Source: Felis catus
Lineage: Eukaryota
Reading direction: 5' to 3'
DNA: 64,000 bases
Assembly (NCBI RefSeq): GCF_018350175.1
Contig: NC_058368.1
Coordinates: 236,408,001-236,472,000 of the forward strand
In this document: in pieces, positions 24,947 through 38,164 of the stretch
How the letters are laid out: every line of letters begins with the position of its first letter
How positions within the stretch are numbered: position 1 is the stretch's first letter
The notes under the pieces: generated by a model
The model's database searches: none
The model's input: only the letters and a program-made list of their open reading frames with translations
Told to the model about the DNA's origin: nothing
Made by a program: the position numbers and the translations under genes

Positions 24947-26359
24947 ATCAGGAACTTTTTCAACACTATTTGACTTCTCAGGGTCTGCGGTGTGGACATT
25001 ACGGTACTTCTAAAGATGGAACACCAGAGTATGTAGTGGCCTCACTGCTGGATATCACACAGCTGCAAAGTGGTCACCCTGGGCTGCAAACCCAAGGTTG
25101 GCCTGGCTCCTGCATGGGGGTCTTTCCACATGCCCATGCTTCCCTCCTGAAAATGAGCCATGTTAGCCCAGAATATTCCATTTTTCACCAGCTTACCTGG
25201 GAAGAGAAATCAGTCAAGATAGAGGCTAGTTGGAAAGCAGAAATAAAGGGCATTTCCTAAAGTTGAAAAGCCCGCCCCAGATCTGAATTGTACTTGTCTT
25301 CTGGTAGACTTGAAGGTGCCTCTTGGTGATGTCCGGCCAATCTGGAATCGACTGGTGTCCACTCAACAGTGGCCAGCTTCCATCACAGCAGCTGACGTAC
25401 AAACACGGCTGCACAGAGACGTGGACGGAAAGAACTCTCCACAGCCCTCCGGAAGGAGAACAAAGGGCAGTCTAAGTGCTGGGTTTTGTCAAAACCAAAC
25501 AGAAAAAGAGGAAACCCAAGTTACTCGAGAAGAATGGAAAGAGTACGCATTACAGAGCTTGCTTATGGGAGCTGAGCCAACAATGAAATGTGCGTGAATT
25601 CCGATGTTCTAAGTAACACTCGGGGTCTTTTCAGCATTGTCTTGTTTTACACTTGTGATGATTTGGGAAAAACCTTGTGCTTACTCCTGAGGGTGGCCTT
25701 GGCAGAGTCAAGGTAGTCACGATTCCGTGTAAGTGCCTTTCTTTGGAAAGAATCTACGCGAAGGAAGTGCCATCTGACTCGCGTGGGAAGCCTTGGCTGG
25801 TAGCAAGGCTCCCCCACCAGGGCCCACCGGAGGGTTAGCACAAAGAAGATGTGTCCATGAGGAGATTTAAATAAAGCAAGGAGCAGGGTCTCAAAGGTGT
25901 TCTAGGAGAGGATTTATAATTAACGTGAGGCACAAGGTTCCCAAAGTTGAATTTCATGCATAATTGCGATGTTCATTACCGCCGAGAATTCCCATTACAA
26001 AACCCGAGGAGGAACATGCGAGTAACGGAGAGACCGAAAGGGTTAACCAAATTACTCTGGGAACGGGGTTGCGGGAACGGTGGGTGAAAATAACAATGGA
26101 GGAGCTATAATAAGCGGGGACGCGTGTTCTTGTTCCGAGAGGTTTTTACACACGCTTATTTTTAAGCATTTGATAGTTACAGGGAAAATGTCAGGAAGAC
26201 ATTTTCACAATTGCTAAAGGGCAGAGTCCTCAAACGGACAGGTCTCTTGCGTTGTTGTGGTTATTTTCCTTCTCCAGGCAACACGGTGTAATTCCTATCA
26301 CCAAAAACAAGTGCACGCACACAGCACGCACCAGGCGAAGAGCGGGTCAGATATGTAAG

Positions 26360-26980
26360 ACACGCATATTTATAGCACGCTGTTTTCTTTGAACTTGGGT
26401 TTTTCACAACGCACTATGCGTTAGTCCTTGCTAGTGCACGCGTTTCCTTCCTCCAGTGGTCGTAGAGTGGTTATCTGGAGTGGAAATGGATGGTAACTTA
26501 CTTGATGCCTTTTTTTGATCAACACGTCTTCTTCTCTGCTTCCTTGGCTATTATGAGTGATGCAGGCAATGGCCATCCTTGCAATGACTTCTTTGAGCGC
26601 ATGTCACAAGACAATATAGACAACAGACAATGGAGAGACAATAGGTTCGGGGGAGGGGCCCTGAGCCAAAGGGCAAGGTCACGTGACCTTCTGATGGTTA
26701 CTGCCAAATTCTGCACCCATGCAGTGCTATCAGCCTCCCAGACGCGTATGTATGAGAGCTCTTACTTTGGCCCCTGCTCGTCACCTCCGGGCATGATGCC
26801 GATTTGAACTTTTGTCAAGATGAAGGGCGTCTATACTGTTGGCGTCTGCAATTGCGTATTTTGGGTCACGCATGAGGCTGTACGTCTTTTTGAATAATTA
26901 TTACCGATGCATACGTTTTTCTTCTGCGCTTGGACTGTCGTATTCATTAACTGTCTTTCTCTTTTCGTTATTTCAGTTAC
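26360..26980 (-). mobile_element. Ancient L1M (L1ME-like) relic
   Basis: Degraded motifs ttggctattatgagtgatgc, tactgccaaatt, tatgagagct, tgaggctg...tctttt, tttttcttctg in the order of the L1M ORF2 C-terminus and 3'UTR in reverse. Confidence 0.65.
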
Positions 26981-28499
26981 TGTACTTGGCAATCCTAAGA
27001 TTGTTGGGTCATGGAGACAATGTTGGATTTGACCTCATGACTGGAATTCGTATCAGAGGCACAATTATCCTTTGGCAGGGATCGTTAAGCTGCAGGACCG
27101 ACTGTTACAAACGATAAAATGATCCAGGTCCCGGCTGAAATAGCCTCTGGTTTAAACCGGAAACGTGGGTATTAGCAAGGTAAAAGGGTGGAGAGAATTT
27201 TTAAAAGCTGGAGAAGAGGGAATATTGACTTCTTGAAAAGCCGGGCTGCACATTTATGGACCAAACCGCCGTGGAACTGCTTTGTGGACGTGGTTGTGGA
27301 GGGGCTGAGGGGAGAGGCCTCCCGTGGAGCACACTTCGCAGGGCATGCCAGGTTTGCCCGTGAACCCATCTGATGCCACACGCAGTTCGGAACGATCACC
27401 AGTTTCCAGACCGGAGGACAGAGCCCTAATTTAGAGCGTATTTTTTATTCCCAGGAGCCTGTGCACAGTTTAGGCCAGGATGTGCGTATCCATACTGGAG
27501 GGTCCCTCAAGGGAATATAAGTGGCCAGAACATTCCTCACTGTGTGGTTCATCTCGTTTGCATGAACAAAAGCAAAACCATTCAAACTGTACTTTCTCGG
27601 ATCTTAAAAGTGGTTTGTGAGGTTTGTGAAGGTGCCCACCTCCCACCCATCACCTGCCTGCCCTTCATCTCACCCTCTCTCCTCAGAACCTGAGCCCTTG
27701 GGCAGTCAGCTTTGGGCCCCTGATCCTTGGTCTCGGGCCTCAGTGGGACCAGAGCCCCTAGGACGCCGAAACTGAGACCACCCCCCACCAACGATCGTCC
27801 ACGCCTCTGTAACCACTGCACCAAAGCCCCTGCCCTCGCCTTTGGCCCAGCCCCATGTTTTCTTCTCTCTCAGCACCAACGACATTGGGACTCTCTGCTG
27901 ACCTTGGGAGGGGGGGGAACCAGCAGGTGCCGACACGCTGACTGAGCCAGGCACAAGGCAAGAGTGGAGAATCCCCTTCTCGGAGTTGGGCTGGTGCCCA
28001 AACACGGTCAGATAGGGATGCTGTGCTCTGCCTCGGGGCCTGGTGAGACCCTGCCTTCTCTGTGCCCAGTTTTGAGGCCCCTTCATGTGGAAAGCGCATG
28101 GCCTCACGCTGAACCCCGAGAAGGGTCGGCTCGCGGGGCCCGTGGCCTGGCCTCGGGGTGGGTGGGAGGGGGGCACCCACCTGCCATACTCTGGGGCTCC
28201 CCCTCCCCGATTCTCCAGTCAGATGTCCCTTCCCTCCTGGGCTGTGAGAGAAGACCAGGGATGGGGTGCAGGGATACCCTTTCCCAATTATTCCAGGGCC
28301 ACGGCAAAGAAATCCTGATTTAATATTACTAACCTGATACTTGAAATGCTCTGGAATAGTTCCGTTTATATTTACCCAGATTAAGCAATTCTGTCCAACA
28401 CCAGAAAAAAATGTGTGTGCCAAACTTTATCTCTCAGGGGCCCATTTGAGAAGCAGAATTCTAAAGACACTTTTCCTGCTAAAAATAACGCAAGTTCCT

Positions 28500-28587
28500 C
28501 TCCCTCTCTCTGCCCCTCCCCGGCTCATGCTCTGTCTCTCTCTGTCTCTCAGTAATAAATCAACGTTAAAAAATTAAAAAAATAAAT
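28500..28587 (+). mobile_element. 5'-truncated Can-SINE with TSD
   Basis: Only the (CT)-rich region and tail remain; TSD aaaaataacgca(a/c)gt(t/a)cct at 28481-28499 and 28588-28606. Confidence 0.88.
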
Positions 28588-28611
28588 AAAAATAACGCAC
28601 GTACCTTTAGC

Positions 28612-28948
28612 CCAGGCTGCCCAGCAGAGACGTGGTAGAAACGTGAGCAACAGAGATCATTTTAACTTCTCTTGTAGACTCATAAAAATCGAAAAAGAAA
28701 TGAGTAAAATTAAGTCTAATAATATATTATACGCAACTCAGTAAAGCTAACACATCATCATTTCCACATGCAGTTGGTAGAGAGCCTAATTAATGTGTGA
28801 TTTTACACACTTTCCCCACTAGACCTTGGAAATTCAGCGTGCACTTTGCATTTTTACACTTAACAGTGCACCTCAAGTGGCCCGGCCTCATTTCAAGAGC
28901 CCAAGAGCCACGCACGGCTAAAGGCTGTTCGATCGGACCGCACGACTC
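28612..28948. mobile_element. MER33-like hAT-Charlie DNA transposon
   Basis: aaaaagaaa...gtaaaattaa...taataatatatt, tttacacttaacag...cacctcaa, catttcaagagcccaagagccac. Confidence 0.75.
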
Positions 28949-28950
28949 CC

Positions 28951-29174
28951 CGAGGGTCAGCAAACTTTTTCTGTGAAACCCAGAGAGTGAATATTTGAGG
29001 CTCCACCACCACACAGTTTCTGCTGCGTTACTGAACTCTGCGGCTGTAGAGAGAAGTCAGCTCTTTTCCATATGCAGTGTGCAACTGGCCGCGACCGTGT
29101 TCCAGCACGAACTGACTTATAAAAACCGTTATCTGCAGGATTTGGATTGCAGAGAATACATTGCCAACTGCTGC
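28951..29174. mobile_element. MER58A-like DNA transposon
   Basis: gggtcagcaaactttttctgt...aatatttgaggct...aactctgcggctgtag...gtgttcca...ggatttgg...ttgccaac. Confidence 0.85.
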
Positions 29175-29277
29175 GTGGACTAATTACAGTCTGAGATCCA
29201 CTACTTTGCTGAGAACAATCAGTGACACAGAATAAAAATAGGTTTTGCGTACGGTTTCCTAAACTCTGTAACCACGG

Positions 29278-29611
29278 TGCTATGGACTGTGTGAATTGCG
29301 CACCCCTATTCACATGCTGAAGCCCTAAGCCTCAGCGTGACCATGTTGGGAGGCAAGACCTTTGGGAGGTAATGAGGGTTCAAGGAGATCACGGGAGTGG
29401 GGTCCCATGATGGGATTGATGTCCTTATGGAGATGCTAGAGAGATGTTCTTCCCCCAAGTGAGGGCAGAGCGAGAAGGCATCTTTTGCAGTCGGACGGAA
29501 CCCTGTGCAGAACCCGTGTCTACGGCACCTCGATCCATCCAGCCCCCCAAGACTCGTGTTAAGTCACCCAGGCTGTGGCATGTGTCATGGCGGCCCAAAC
29601 TCATTAATACA
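29278..29611 (+). mobile_element. MaLR solo LTR (MLT1A0-like)
   Basis: Starts tgctatggactg; cctttgggaggtaat; catgatgggatt; ends taataca (TG...CA termini). Confidence 0.85.
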
Positions 29612-31912
29612 ACTGGAATAGTGCGAAACAGGCAGTATGTGAATGTAGCTTAAAAAATCCCTTATCTAAGCCCCAAACATACCTTTTAAAAAGAAACTCT
29701 TTCAACATGAAAGCATTTTAAATCTTTTTATCTCAACAGGCATTTCTTCTCTCGATGACAAATAACTCATCCTTTACATCCGAATTCATAATAATTTGTA
29801 AGAGAAACACAAACGAAAACTGGTAAGTGGCCCACTCAAAAATTGCTGACAGGCTCTTCTGGCTGAAATCACCCTGGGTCCTGTCACCCTGGTCTCGAAG
29901 TTAGACTGGCTCCCCGTGTCGGCTTTGTTTCTTCGGAGCCCGACTCTGAAAACCCGCTCTCCTCCCTCCCGCGTGGGGAGCACATTGTGCAGGTGATATT
30001 AGGACTTGGGGCAGGACCATCTATGCGTTTTCTGATCAACATCAGAGGAATATTTCTTTTCTCCCCGTGAACTTTTCGCCTTCCTTCATACCATAGACAT
30101 TTGTTTAATGCGACAATGATATTTCTTTCATGTTACTTTGTACAGCACATGGGATGCTCAATTGCCTGTAGTTAATTTTGAGTGCACATGTTGTTCTTTT
30201 ATTTATAGGTCTTCTAATAAATACCTCACTTTAATATTTTTCTCATGTGTTAATACTTAACACATTATAAATACAAACTAGATCAATGCTATATTTCAAC
30301 TGCTAAGTACCAGCTCATCTTTTTTTGTTGTTGTTATTTTTACCCTTTCCTTGTCCCTCCAAATCTATGTCTACAGAGGCAGAGAGGAACCCAGGGCCAA
30401 TTTGTCCCTCTGCAGCAAGAATGGTGATCTGTGTTGGGTTTCTCGAGGCGCCTGCCAGCCCCTGTGACGTCTGCTCCAGCCGTGGCCGTCGCCAGGGTGC
30501 GGTGTGATCCAGACGTGGAATCTCATGCAGGAGAAACTCTTTTCCAACTCAGTGTCACCGTTTTCACCCGGCTTTGCTGGCAGGGCACACACGTGGTTCC
30601 ACTCGCTGTGTTTCACAGGGTGTTTGATAAGCTGTAAAATGATACATATCCACAGTTTAATAACCTAGAAATTTAATAAAAAATAAAGGAAATGGGTGTT
30701 GTTTTTTCTTTGAATATGTCAACGGGGAACATACTTCATGGCGTTTTAAACTCCAGTTGATATTTTGATAGAAATGCTTAATTTATCTGACACAGGTATC
30801 ATTTTCATTATTTTCATTCTGTAATGCAATCTAGATTCCAAGCTCATACGTGCTTTGGACGGACTAACCCGGCCTCTTTAAAGAAAAGCCCCTTGATTCA
30901 AGTTTGACAACAGACTCCTTGTGGAATGTCTCCCCGTCTCTGTGCCCTGAACCGCTCGACATTAGTTAGTTTTACTACGGTCAGTCCTGAGACCACATCT
31001 GATCGTAATGTTCTCTTTATGGGGCCAAAACATCTTTCCTTGGATTTGGACAACAACGAAGGCAATGGAAAAATTAAGTAGCTAGCAGCTACTCCCCATT
31101 CAATTGTTGGGTCAGTTCCACCAAAAGAGGTAGAATGCTTCACCGCTGCACTTGACCCAGGCAGGTTCTGAGTCAAGGCTGGAGAGGTTCAGAAACGTGG
31201 AAAGAGTCTCCGAAATATATGCAACGGCTTCTCTTTATTTTGCAATAAAATTGAGGCCAGAAATTTCTCCCACTCGCATTGGACTTCATCTCTGTATGAG
31301 GCAAGAGTGTTCACACCGCAGCGGCCACAACCCAGGGCTCAGCGGGTTTCCTTCCTTTTCTATAAATAACCCCTTCATTTTTCTAAACAATTTCCCCCGG
31401 TTATGCATCAGCCATGTGCTTTAAACATGTTCAATCCACCAAATATTTGTTTGGAAGCATAGTTTTAAATTCTCTGATCAGTTGCAAATTTGTTTAATGA
31501 AATGGATCCTACCGTCACGGCGTTGGGGCGAGGAAGGGCGGCAAGGTTCCTGCTCTTTAGAATTCACCGAGGGTCTCTCCAAGACCTCATATCCGGGGGA
31601 GTTTTGTGGACGTTCCACGAATGCATTAAGGGAAGTCTATATTCCCTATTTTTCAGAAGCTAAATTGGGCGCACATCTACAATTCAACTTTTTGAATTGA
31701 ATAATTCAATAATTCATTAATAACTTAGTGTCCTCAGTTATCGAGGGCTGCCTGTCTAAGTCTGAGGGAAACGGGTCAAAGTGCACGCAAGAAGCTGAGG
31801 GGGGCCCCCCCACAGACGCCAATCTCACGTAGCTCCTCACGTGCCCGTGCCATCTAAGTGCTCCTAGAGAGGAGCTCTTGTTATCCTCACAAAAATCCCA
31901 GGAGGAGGCTCC

Positions 31913-32576
31913 TGGGATAGGTTGACTTGTGTCCCTCCAAAAGTTGTGTGTTGAAGTTCTTACCATGAGCACCTCAGAATATGACCTTATTTGGAAATAG
32001 GATTGTAGCAGATGCCAGTAATTAAGGTGAGGTCATTAAAGTGGACCCTCATCCCATATAACCGGCGTCCTTATGAAAAGGGGGGATTTGGACACAGACG
32101 CCCAAGTGGAGGCATGAGAGCAGAGATGGGGAGATTTGTCTGCCCAGCAAGAGCGCCGAGCACCAGAAGCCAGGAGAGGTGTGGGGCTGCCCCTCCCTCA
32201 CAGCCTCACCAGCAGCCAGCCCTGCTGACACGGTGACTCCGAGGTTCCAGCCTTCAGAACTGGGGGCAGAATAAAGTTCTGCAGTTTATTTTTTTATTTT
32301 TTTTCAACGTTTATTTATTTTTGGGACAGAGAGAGAGACAGAACATGAACGGGGGAGGGGCAGAGAGAGAGGGAGACACAGAATCTGAAACAGGCTCCAG
32401 GCTCTGAGCCATCAGCCCAGAGCCTGACGCGGGGCTCGAACTCACGGACCACGAGATCATGACCTGGCTGAAGTCGGACGCTTAACCGACTGCGCCACCC
32501 AGGCGCCCCGAAAGTTCTGCAGTTTAAATCACCCTGTTGGCGGTGCTTTGTTGGGGCAGCCAGAGCAGACGAATAT
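31913..32576 (+). mobile_element. MaLR solo LTR (MLT1B/C-like) interrupted by a SINE
   Basis: acctcagaatatgaccttatttggaaatagg; LTR sequence resumes after the SINE TSD. Confidence 0.88.
32289..32509 (-). mobile_element. Young SINEC_Fc-type element with perfect 16-bp TSD
   Basis: Many CpGs retained; TSD aaagttctgcagttta at 32273-32288 and 32511-32526. Confidence 0.97.
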
Positions 32577-32864
32577 GGCCCTCGTCATTTCCCCAGTTGC
32601 ACAGAATAAGGGCTTTTCGTTATCTAACTTGTCAAGTTCCTGTCAAGCGATGCTTGTTTTTCTGTCCACATCTCTCTTTATACATCTTGCTACTCTGTGA
32701 CCAGACAGATAAAGAATCACGGCTACACCCTTAGTACAGGGAGCACTCCATACTCTAGGGACACTTTTCAGGTCAGTTGCACTTAGGTCTGTTGCAGGGG
32801 TTCTTTCTTTATTGGGAGGAGGTGTGAAGAGTCAGCCTACGACACATAGATTGCCAAGAATCTC

Positions 32865-33027
32865 TTTTTTTAGTGTATTTTTTAATTTATCTTGAGAGAG
32901 AGAGAAAGAATCCCAAGAAGGCCCCTCACAGGGCCTGCCACGGGGCTCGAACCCATGGACTGTGAGATCATGCCCTGAGCCGAAATCAATAGTCGGCCGC
33001 TCGACCGACGGAGACACCCAGGCCCCC
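32865..33027 (-). mobile_element. Can-SINE, diverged and internally deleted
   Basis: ggggctcgaaccc...gagatcatg...ctgagccgaaatc...cacccaggccccc. Confidence 0.88.
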
Positions 33028-36000
33028 AACCAATAATCATTTCTGATAGTGATAGGTTTTATGCGCCTTCGTTCATATTTTAGTGGGTATGTGGGAAGTT
33101 TTGTAGAAGGAGTGTCAAGTTGACTACTTAAAAATCCCCCTCTCTGAGGCTGGAAGGGCACAGATAAGTTCCGGCCAGACAAGCATCGTGTGAGACAGTT
33201 GGGAGTTGCCCGCTGCTAATTCCGGAATGCTACCTCTTCCGTCTGTCTTGGAGATGCTCCAGTGTCTGGAGCCTGTAACGCGGGGGGCCCCCACTGCCGC
33301 CTGCTGCTGACAAATGCAGGGTTATGTCTGGTTCAGTGCGCCTCCCAGCTTTCAGACAGGGGCACACTCAATGGGATGTATTTGATCCGCAGAAACCCTC
33401 AGACAACCCTAAACAGTCCCACCCTGGGTCTGTTAACTTCTCGCTTGCTGACGAGTCTAGGGACGTCCACAGACCTCCCTGGGCCCCCTCTGCAAAAGCG
33501 CAAGGTGGCCACAGATAGCGGGGCCTGCTGGGAGCACGGGTCTGAGTCCTCAACTACAACCTATGCGGTCACTTTCTGCTTTATCAGTGGATGCCTTGGG
33601 GCCTTCAATTTGTCTTGTGGAAAAAACTGAATTTTTACCTGGAAGATATCTGCAGTAACAGGGCTTTTTGTCACGCTGGAGCTGACCCCTGAGGCAGGTG
33701 TGGGTCCATGTGACTCGCTGGTGTCCTGCTGAAGGCTCTGGAGCTCTCTCTGCCTAGTGACCAGCACGGTCCCTTGATGGCCCGGGGCCGATCCTGGTTG
33801 ATCCTGGACTGTCCACACCTCTGTCGCAGCCCCTTTCTCTCTACTCTTGGATTCCCAAGCCTCCTTACCTCATCCTAAACCCAAAGCGTGGGGAACTTTG
33901 ATCCATGATCACATCGAGGCACCTGTTAACACAGTACAACTTACGAGGTAATCAAAATCATGGTGAATCGATAAATACAAACGCCTATTAGGCCCAAAAT
34001 CACAGTGCAACTTACAAAGCTATAAAAGGAAGTATGCCACAGGTTATAGATACACATTGGTTAAAAATTAAAGGGTCCTCTCCATGTATGCTTAGGGACA
34101 CTTGCCGTGCCCGCCCTCTGTGCTGCAGTTGACGGTCACGCGCAGTGCACGGCCTTGCTGTCGGGACGGTTCTACCCACCTCTCCGCCCTGGCCCTCGGC
34201 TCAGCCTTACAGACCCCTTGCCAATAGCACAGGGCCAGAGGTGCCGCGGAGACTCCAGGGAGCAGCTGCTGCGGCAGCGGGAAGGGGAGGGTGCGGAGTG
34301 CAGCCGGCCGAACCCCTCCCAGGGCACTGAGAGCTCCAGGCACTCTCTCACGGCTGGAAACCAGCCTCTGGAGCCCAGACAACCTCCCTCTGCAAACCGT
34401 TGAGAACCTGGGTTAGAGGCTGAATTATTTTCACTTTTGCTCTCTCTAAAGTCCTAACCCAAAGGCTTGAATCGTGTGGATGGGTGATCAGGAGGTGTTT
34501 GGTGATGGCTGGTTAGAAATTTGTCGGCTCTGTTGCCCTGACATAGGGAACACTGGAGGACCTTCCTGGGGCACCTCAGGGCCATTTGGGAAGAGGGCAA
34601 GGCAATCGGTGGGAAACGAAGAGTTATTTAACATGCAGAAGCAGGGACTCGAGTGAGTCAGTACCTACAACAAAAACATACAACTGCTCCCACACGGGAC
34701 AGGGGCAGCCAGTGGCCCTACATGTTACCAAAGGCAGAACGAAAGGAAAAGGCTTAAATGACAGCATGAAGAATGGAGGGTAGGTGTGGGGAATGGCTCT
34801 CTGACACTGAGTTATGACTCATTAGGATAGGTTACTGGGAAGATAATATTCTTTGAAGATTTCAATATATACATATCCCTCGGCCCAGTGCACACTTTAT
34901 GAGCCGGTTGATTTTAAAGCAAAATCCCGCATACCATTCTCATTTTCCCACGTAGGTCAATTTTACAGTGGCAGGTGGCATGGAGGCGGTCACCAGATCG
35001 CTCCCCACTGCAGCCAGAGTCAGTGGTCGCAGGGCTTTCTGGATGGCCCGCCACATCTGGGCTTCTGCCTCTGGAGCACTGCGTGTCCTCGTCCACCCCC
35101 ACCTGGCTGCTCCCCAGGAAAGTGCCGGGGGGCAGCAGTTGGCAGGACGGCCACAGGGACAGGATCAGTGAACCGAGGCACGCAGGTGGCTGCCTGGGAA
35201 CGTGCCTGCACGTGAGTAGGTGTGCCTTTGGGGGCTGCGTAAAGGACAGCTCAAATCTCAAAGGAATTTGATTACAATAACCCCCATAGCAATGAAATGC
35301 GATCTTGTACCTTTCTCATGTCGAATCTCAAGCGCTTGTGTTGTTACATGAAGGTGGGGACGGCAGGCTGTAGAGGGGTGGCTTCGTAGGGCTTCGAGGA
35401 GCACTGACCGAAGACCTCAGAGTCGCCCCGAGTGCCCGTGACTGTGTCTTGCACCGGGACTAAAATAAAACTTTTACGTTTGTTCTCCTTTAAGACATAG
35501 TTACTTCACGTTCTTTCTTTTTTTCGGTCCCTGCAAAGTCAAGAACAGAAAACGAGCTGGTTTAAAGACATTTCAAAGTGGGCAATTACTGAGGACTATT
35601 CCATTTTAACTGATTTTAATTTGGTGACAGTCGGCTACTGACACAGCCCCCTTGGCACGTTTCCCCTCTTCTCAGGTCCTGTGGGATTTCTCATCACTGA
35701 CAGGGGAGAGTGAGCGGAACCCCCCGACGGCCAGCCCTTTGGCGATGCGCGTCCTGCAGAAAACAGGTATTGTTAGCCTGTCCCCCGGCTTCGCGGCTTC
35801 GCCGAGTGCGCTGAAAAGGTGCTGACGGACACTGTGCTGAGACCAGGAGATTCCCTTACACCTGAGTTTGCTGGGTTTCCCAGACCCAAATCCTGCAATC
35901 GTGCAGAAGAGCCACTTCTGGGTGCGATTTTCAGTGAACAAAGACGATCCCAGATATGTTTCGTGTGTTTTGTTTGTTTGTTGATTTTTATTTGCTTTAC

Positions 36001-36904
36001 TCTGCAAGGCTTTAGAATGGATGTGATGTCTTAGAAGCATGGGGAAATATAGAATGATGCCCATGAGTCAGGAAACTAGAGTGTTCTCTCCAACAGATTA
36101 TAAAAGCAGGCGTAGGATTAGGCTGAGAATTCCACACTAAACCCAATCTAAATATGAGCTACTTTTATTTTAAAAATCTCTGAATTTAAAAGTATCTTGG
36201 CGTTTACCCAATTCACACATCTTGAAGTGAGTCCGGAAGGAAAAAGATAACATGAATATAAATGGTCTGACTTTATCCTCCTGCTGTTCAGCTTAAAAGC
36301 ATTTCCCCTTTTTTGGGCAATTTACCAACTATTTCAGGCTATTAAAGTTACAAACATGCGAACAATGGATCTCAAGTCTTATTATCAAATTACTTTTGGA
36401 TAAGTTTAGCAATAAAATCTTTTGCACAAATCAAAAAAGTATCAAGATCATAATTAAGAGCATTATGAAATCTTTTTTTTTTTTTTTCGTTCAACCTCGG
36501 AGAGTTCCTAAGCGCGTTAGCATGGAATGTGACTCATGTTGCAGCTACCGTTTGAGGAATGATGAAAAAAAAAAAATAAGAAGAAAAAAGCACAGAAACC
36601 CTTAAATTAACAGTATCGTATCAGACCCTCTGTGTTTCCAAAATGAACTCTTTAAGAAATAAAAACTCGCGTCTTTGTATGGCTTTGTTTTCTGAACAGT
36701 GAATCAGATCTTGAAGCATTGTCAGTCAGAATTTGCCAAGTGGTGTTTCTCTGTGGTGGGACTTTCACAAGCCTTTTGGACACACGCCTTGCATGTAGGA
36801 GACTATCAAGGGGCACGGGGGGACCTTCACAATCGCTGCTGGACACGTGCAAGGTGCGTGTGAGGTCACCAGTTTGCACTGGGGTAATGGACGCACACAC
36901 AGGT

Positions 36905-37120
36905 TGATGCGAGAGTCGGGCAGAGGCAGATTTGAGTCCAAAATTAATATTTTCCAGCTGTGTGGCCTTGCGACAATACCTTAATTTCACTGAGACCTAC
37001 TTTATTCACTACTATATAAATATCTATAGCTATCTTGCAAAGTTGTCATGTTTATGGATAATGTACATAAAGATTTTTAACATGCAAGAGATGTCTAATA
37101 AATCAGTTAACAGTGATTAT
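36905..37120 (+). mobile_element. MIR relic
   Basis: agctgtgtggccttg...cttaatttcactgagacct...ggataatgtacataaag...taataaat. Confidence 0.7.
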
Positions 37121-37123
37121 GTT

Positions 37124-37338
37124 GGGGGGCCTGGGTGGCTCAGTCGGTTAAGTGGCCGACTTCGGCTCAGGTCATGATCTCGAGGTTCATGGGTTCGAGC
37201 CCCGCATCGGGCTCTGTGCTGACGGCTCAATCTGGAGCCTGCTTCAAATTCTGTGTCTCCCTCTCTCCCTCTGCCCCTCTTCTGCTCCCACTCTGTCTGT
37301 CTCTCTCTCTGAAAAACAAATAAATAAACTTAAAAAAA
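37124..37338 (+). mobile_element. Full-length Can-SINE
   Basis: GGGGGGCCTGGGTGGCTCAGTCGGTTAAG head, GGTTCGAGCCC B-box, (CT)n, A tail. Confidence 0.96.
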
Positions 37339-37593
37339 TCACCAAACACATGAAAATCTATGTGACAATGGTAGCAGTTTATGACTATGCTAGCAAATAT
37401 TCCATATTACACTGTGAATGTAAAGAAACACATGGGTGTATCTATCTGGTGTGTGTTTTGATGACCTAGGGTACCAGTGGATAAGAGAGGAACTCCATCC
37501 GGACATTTAAGGCCTTCTCCATGACCTTCCTCAAAGTGAGCTGGCCAATATTCACCTGCACGTTTGGTATGACCACCTTCGTAACCTTCGCTA

Positions 37594-37980
37594 CTGTGTT
37601 CCTACGTCTGCCCCAACCAAGGGCCATGAACAGAGGAGCTTAAATAGCAGACATGCATTTCTTACTGGTCCTGGAGCCTGAGAGTCCAAGGTCCAGGCAA
37701 GGTCCAAACAGGTCTGGTTTTTCCTGAGGCCTCTCTCCTTGGCATATAGACACCAACTCCTCTTTCTGTCCTCACGTGGGCATCCCTCTGTGCATGTCTG
37801 AATCCACATCTCCTCTTATATAAGGACACCAGTCAGATTGGATTAAGACCAACTCTAGTGATCTCATTTTAACTTGATTCTCTCTTGCAAGGCCCTATCT
37901 TCAAATACAGTCATATTCCAAATATTGGGGTTAGGAACGCAGCCCACGGATTTGGGGGAGATGCAGTCCAGTCGATCACA
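37594..37980 (-). mobile_element. MaLR solo LTR (MLT1A/B-like)
   Basis: ctgaggcctctctccttggc, taaggacaccagtcagattggatta, aaatacagtcatattc...ggggttagga. Confidence 0.88.
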
Positions 37981-37991
37981 CTTCTCTGTCC

Positions 37992-38164
37992 CGGTGGTTC
38001 TCACGTTCCCATGTGTGTGCGCCTGAGTCACCCAGAAAGCTTGCTGGACCCCACCTCCAGTTTCAGATTTCATAGAACTGAGTTAGACTGACACTCGTGC
38101 ATTGCTGACATTTTCCAGCGGATGCTGACGCTGCTGGTCTGACCCCACAGTCTGAGATCCACAG
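37992..38164. mobile_element. MER5A-like DNA transposon
   Basis: ggtggttctca start, ctggaccccacctcca, gatgctgacgctgctggtc, tgagatccac end. Confidence 0.8.

Noticed and set aside
25310..25597. 95-aa ORF with protein-like composition
   Set aside because: Starts at TTG, no recognisable family, no clear exon boundaries
27758..28423. Longest ORF in the window (221 aa)
   Set aside because: GC-rich chance ORF overlapped by several others; no domain recognised
29740..35766. Plus-strand pseudo-exons at 29740-29822 and 35676-35766
   Set aside because: Plausible splice sites but not frame-preserving, no recognisable peptide, within chance expectation
37124..37205. tRNA-like A-box and B-box sequences in SINE heads
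   Set aside because: These are tRNA-derived Can-SINE heads, not tRNA genes
29186..38162. Exact 16-mer acagtctgagatccac at 29186-29201 and 38147-38162
   Set aside because: On the order of one such match is expected by chance in 64 kb, and both resemble MER5-type ends
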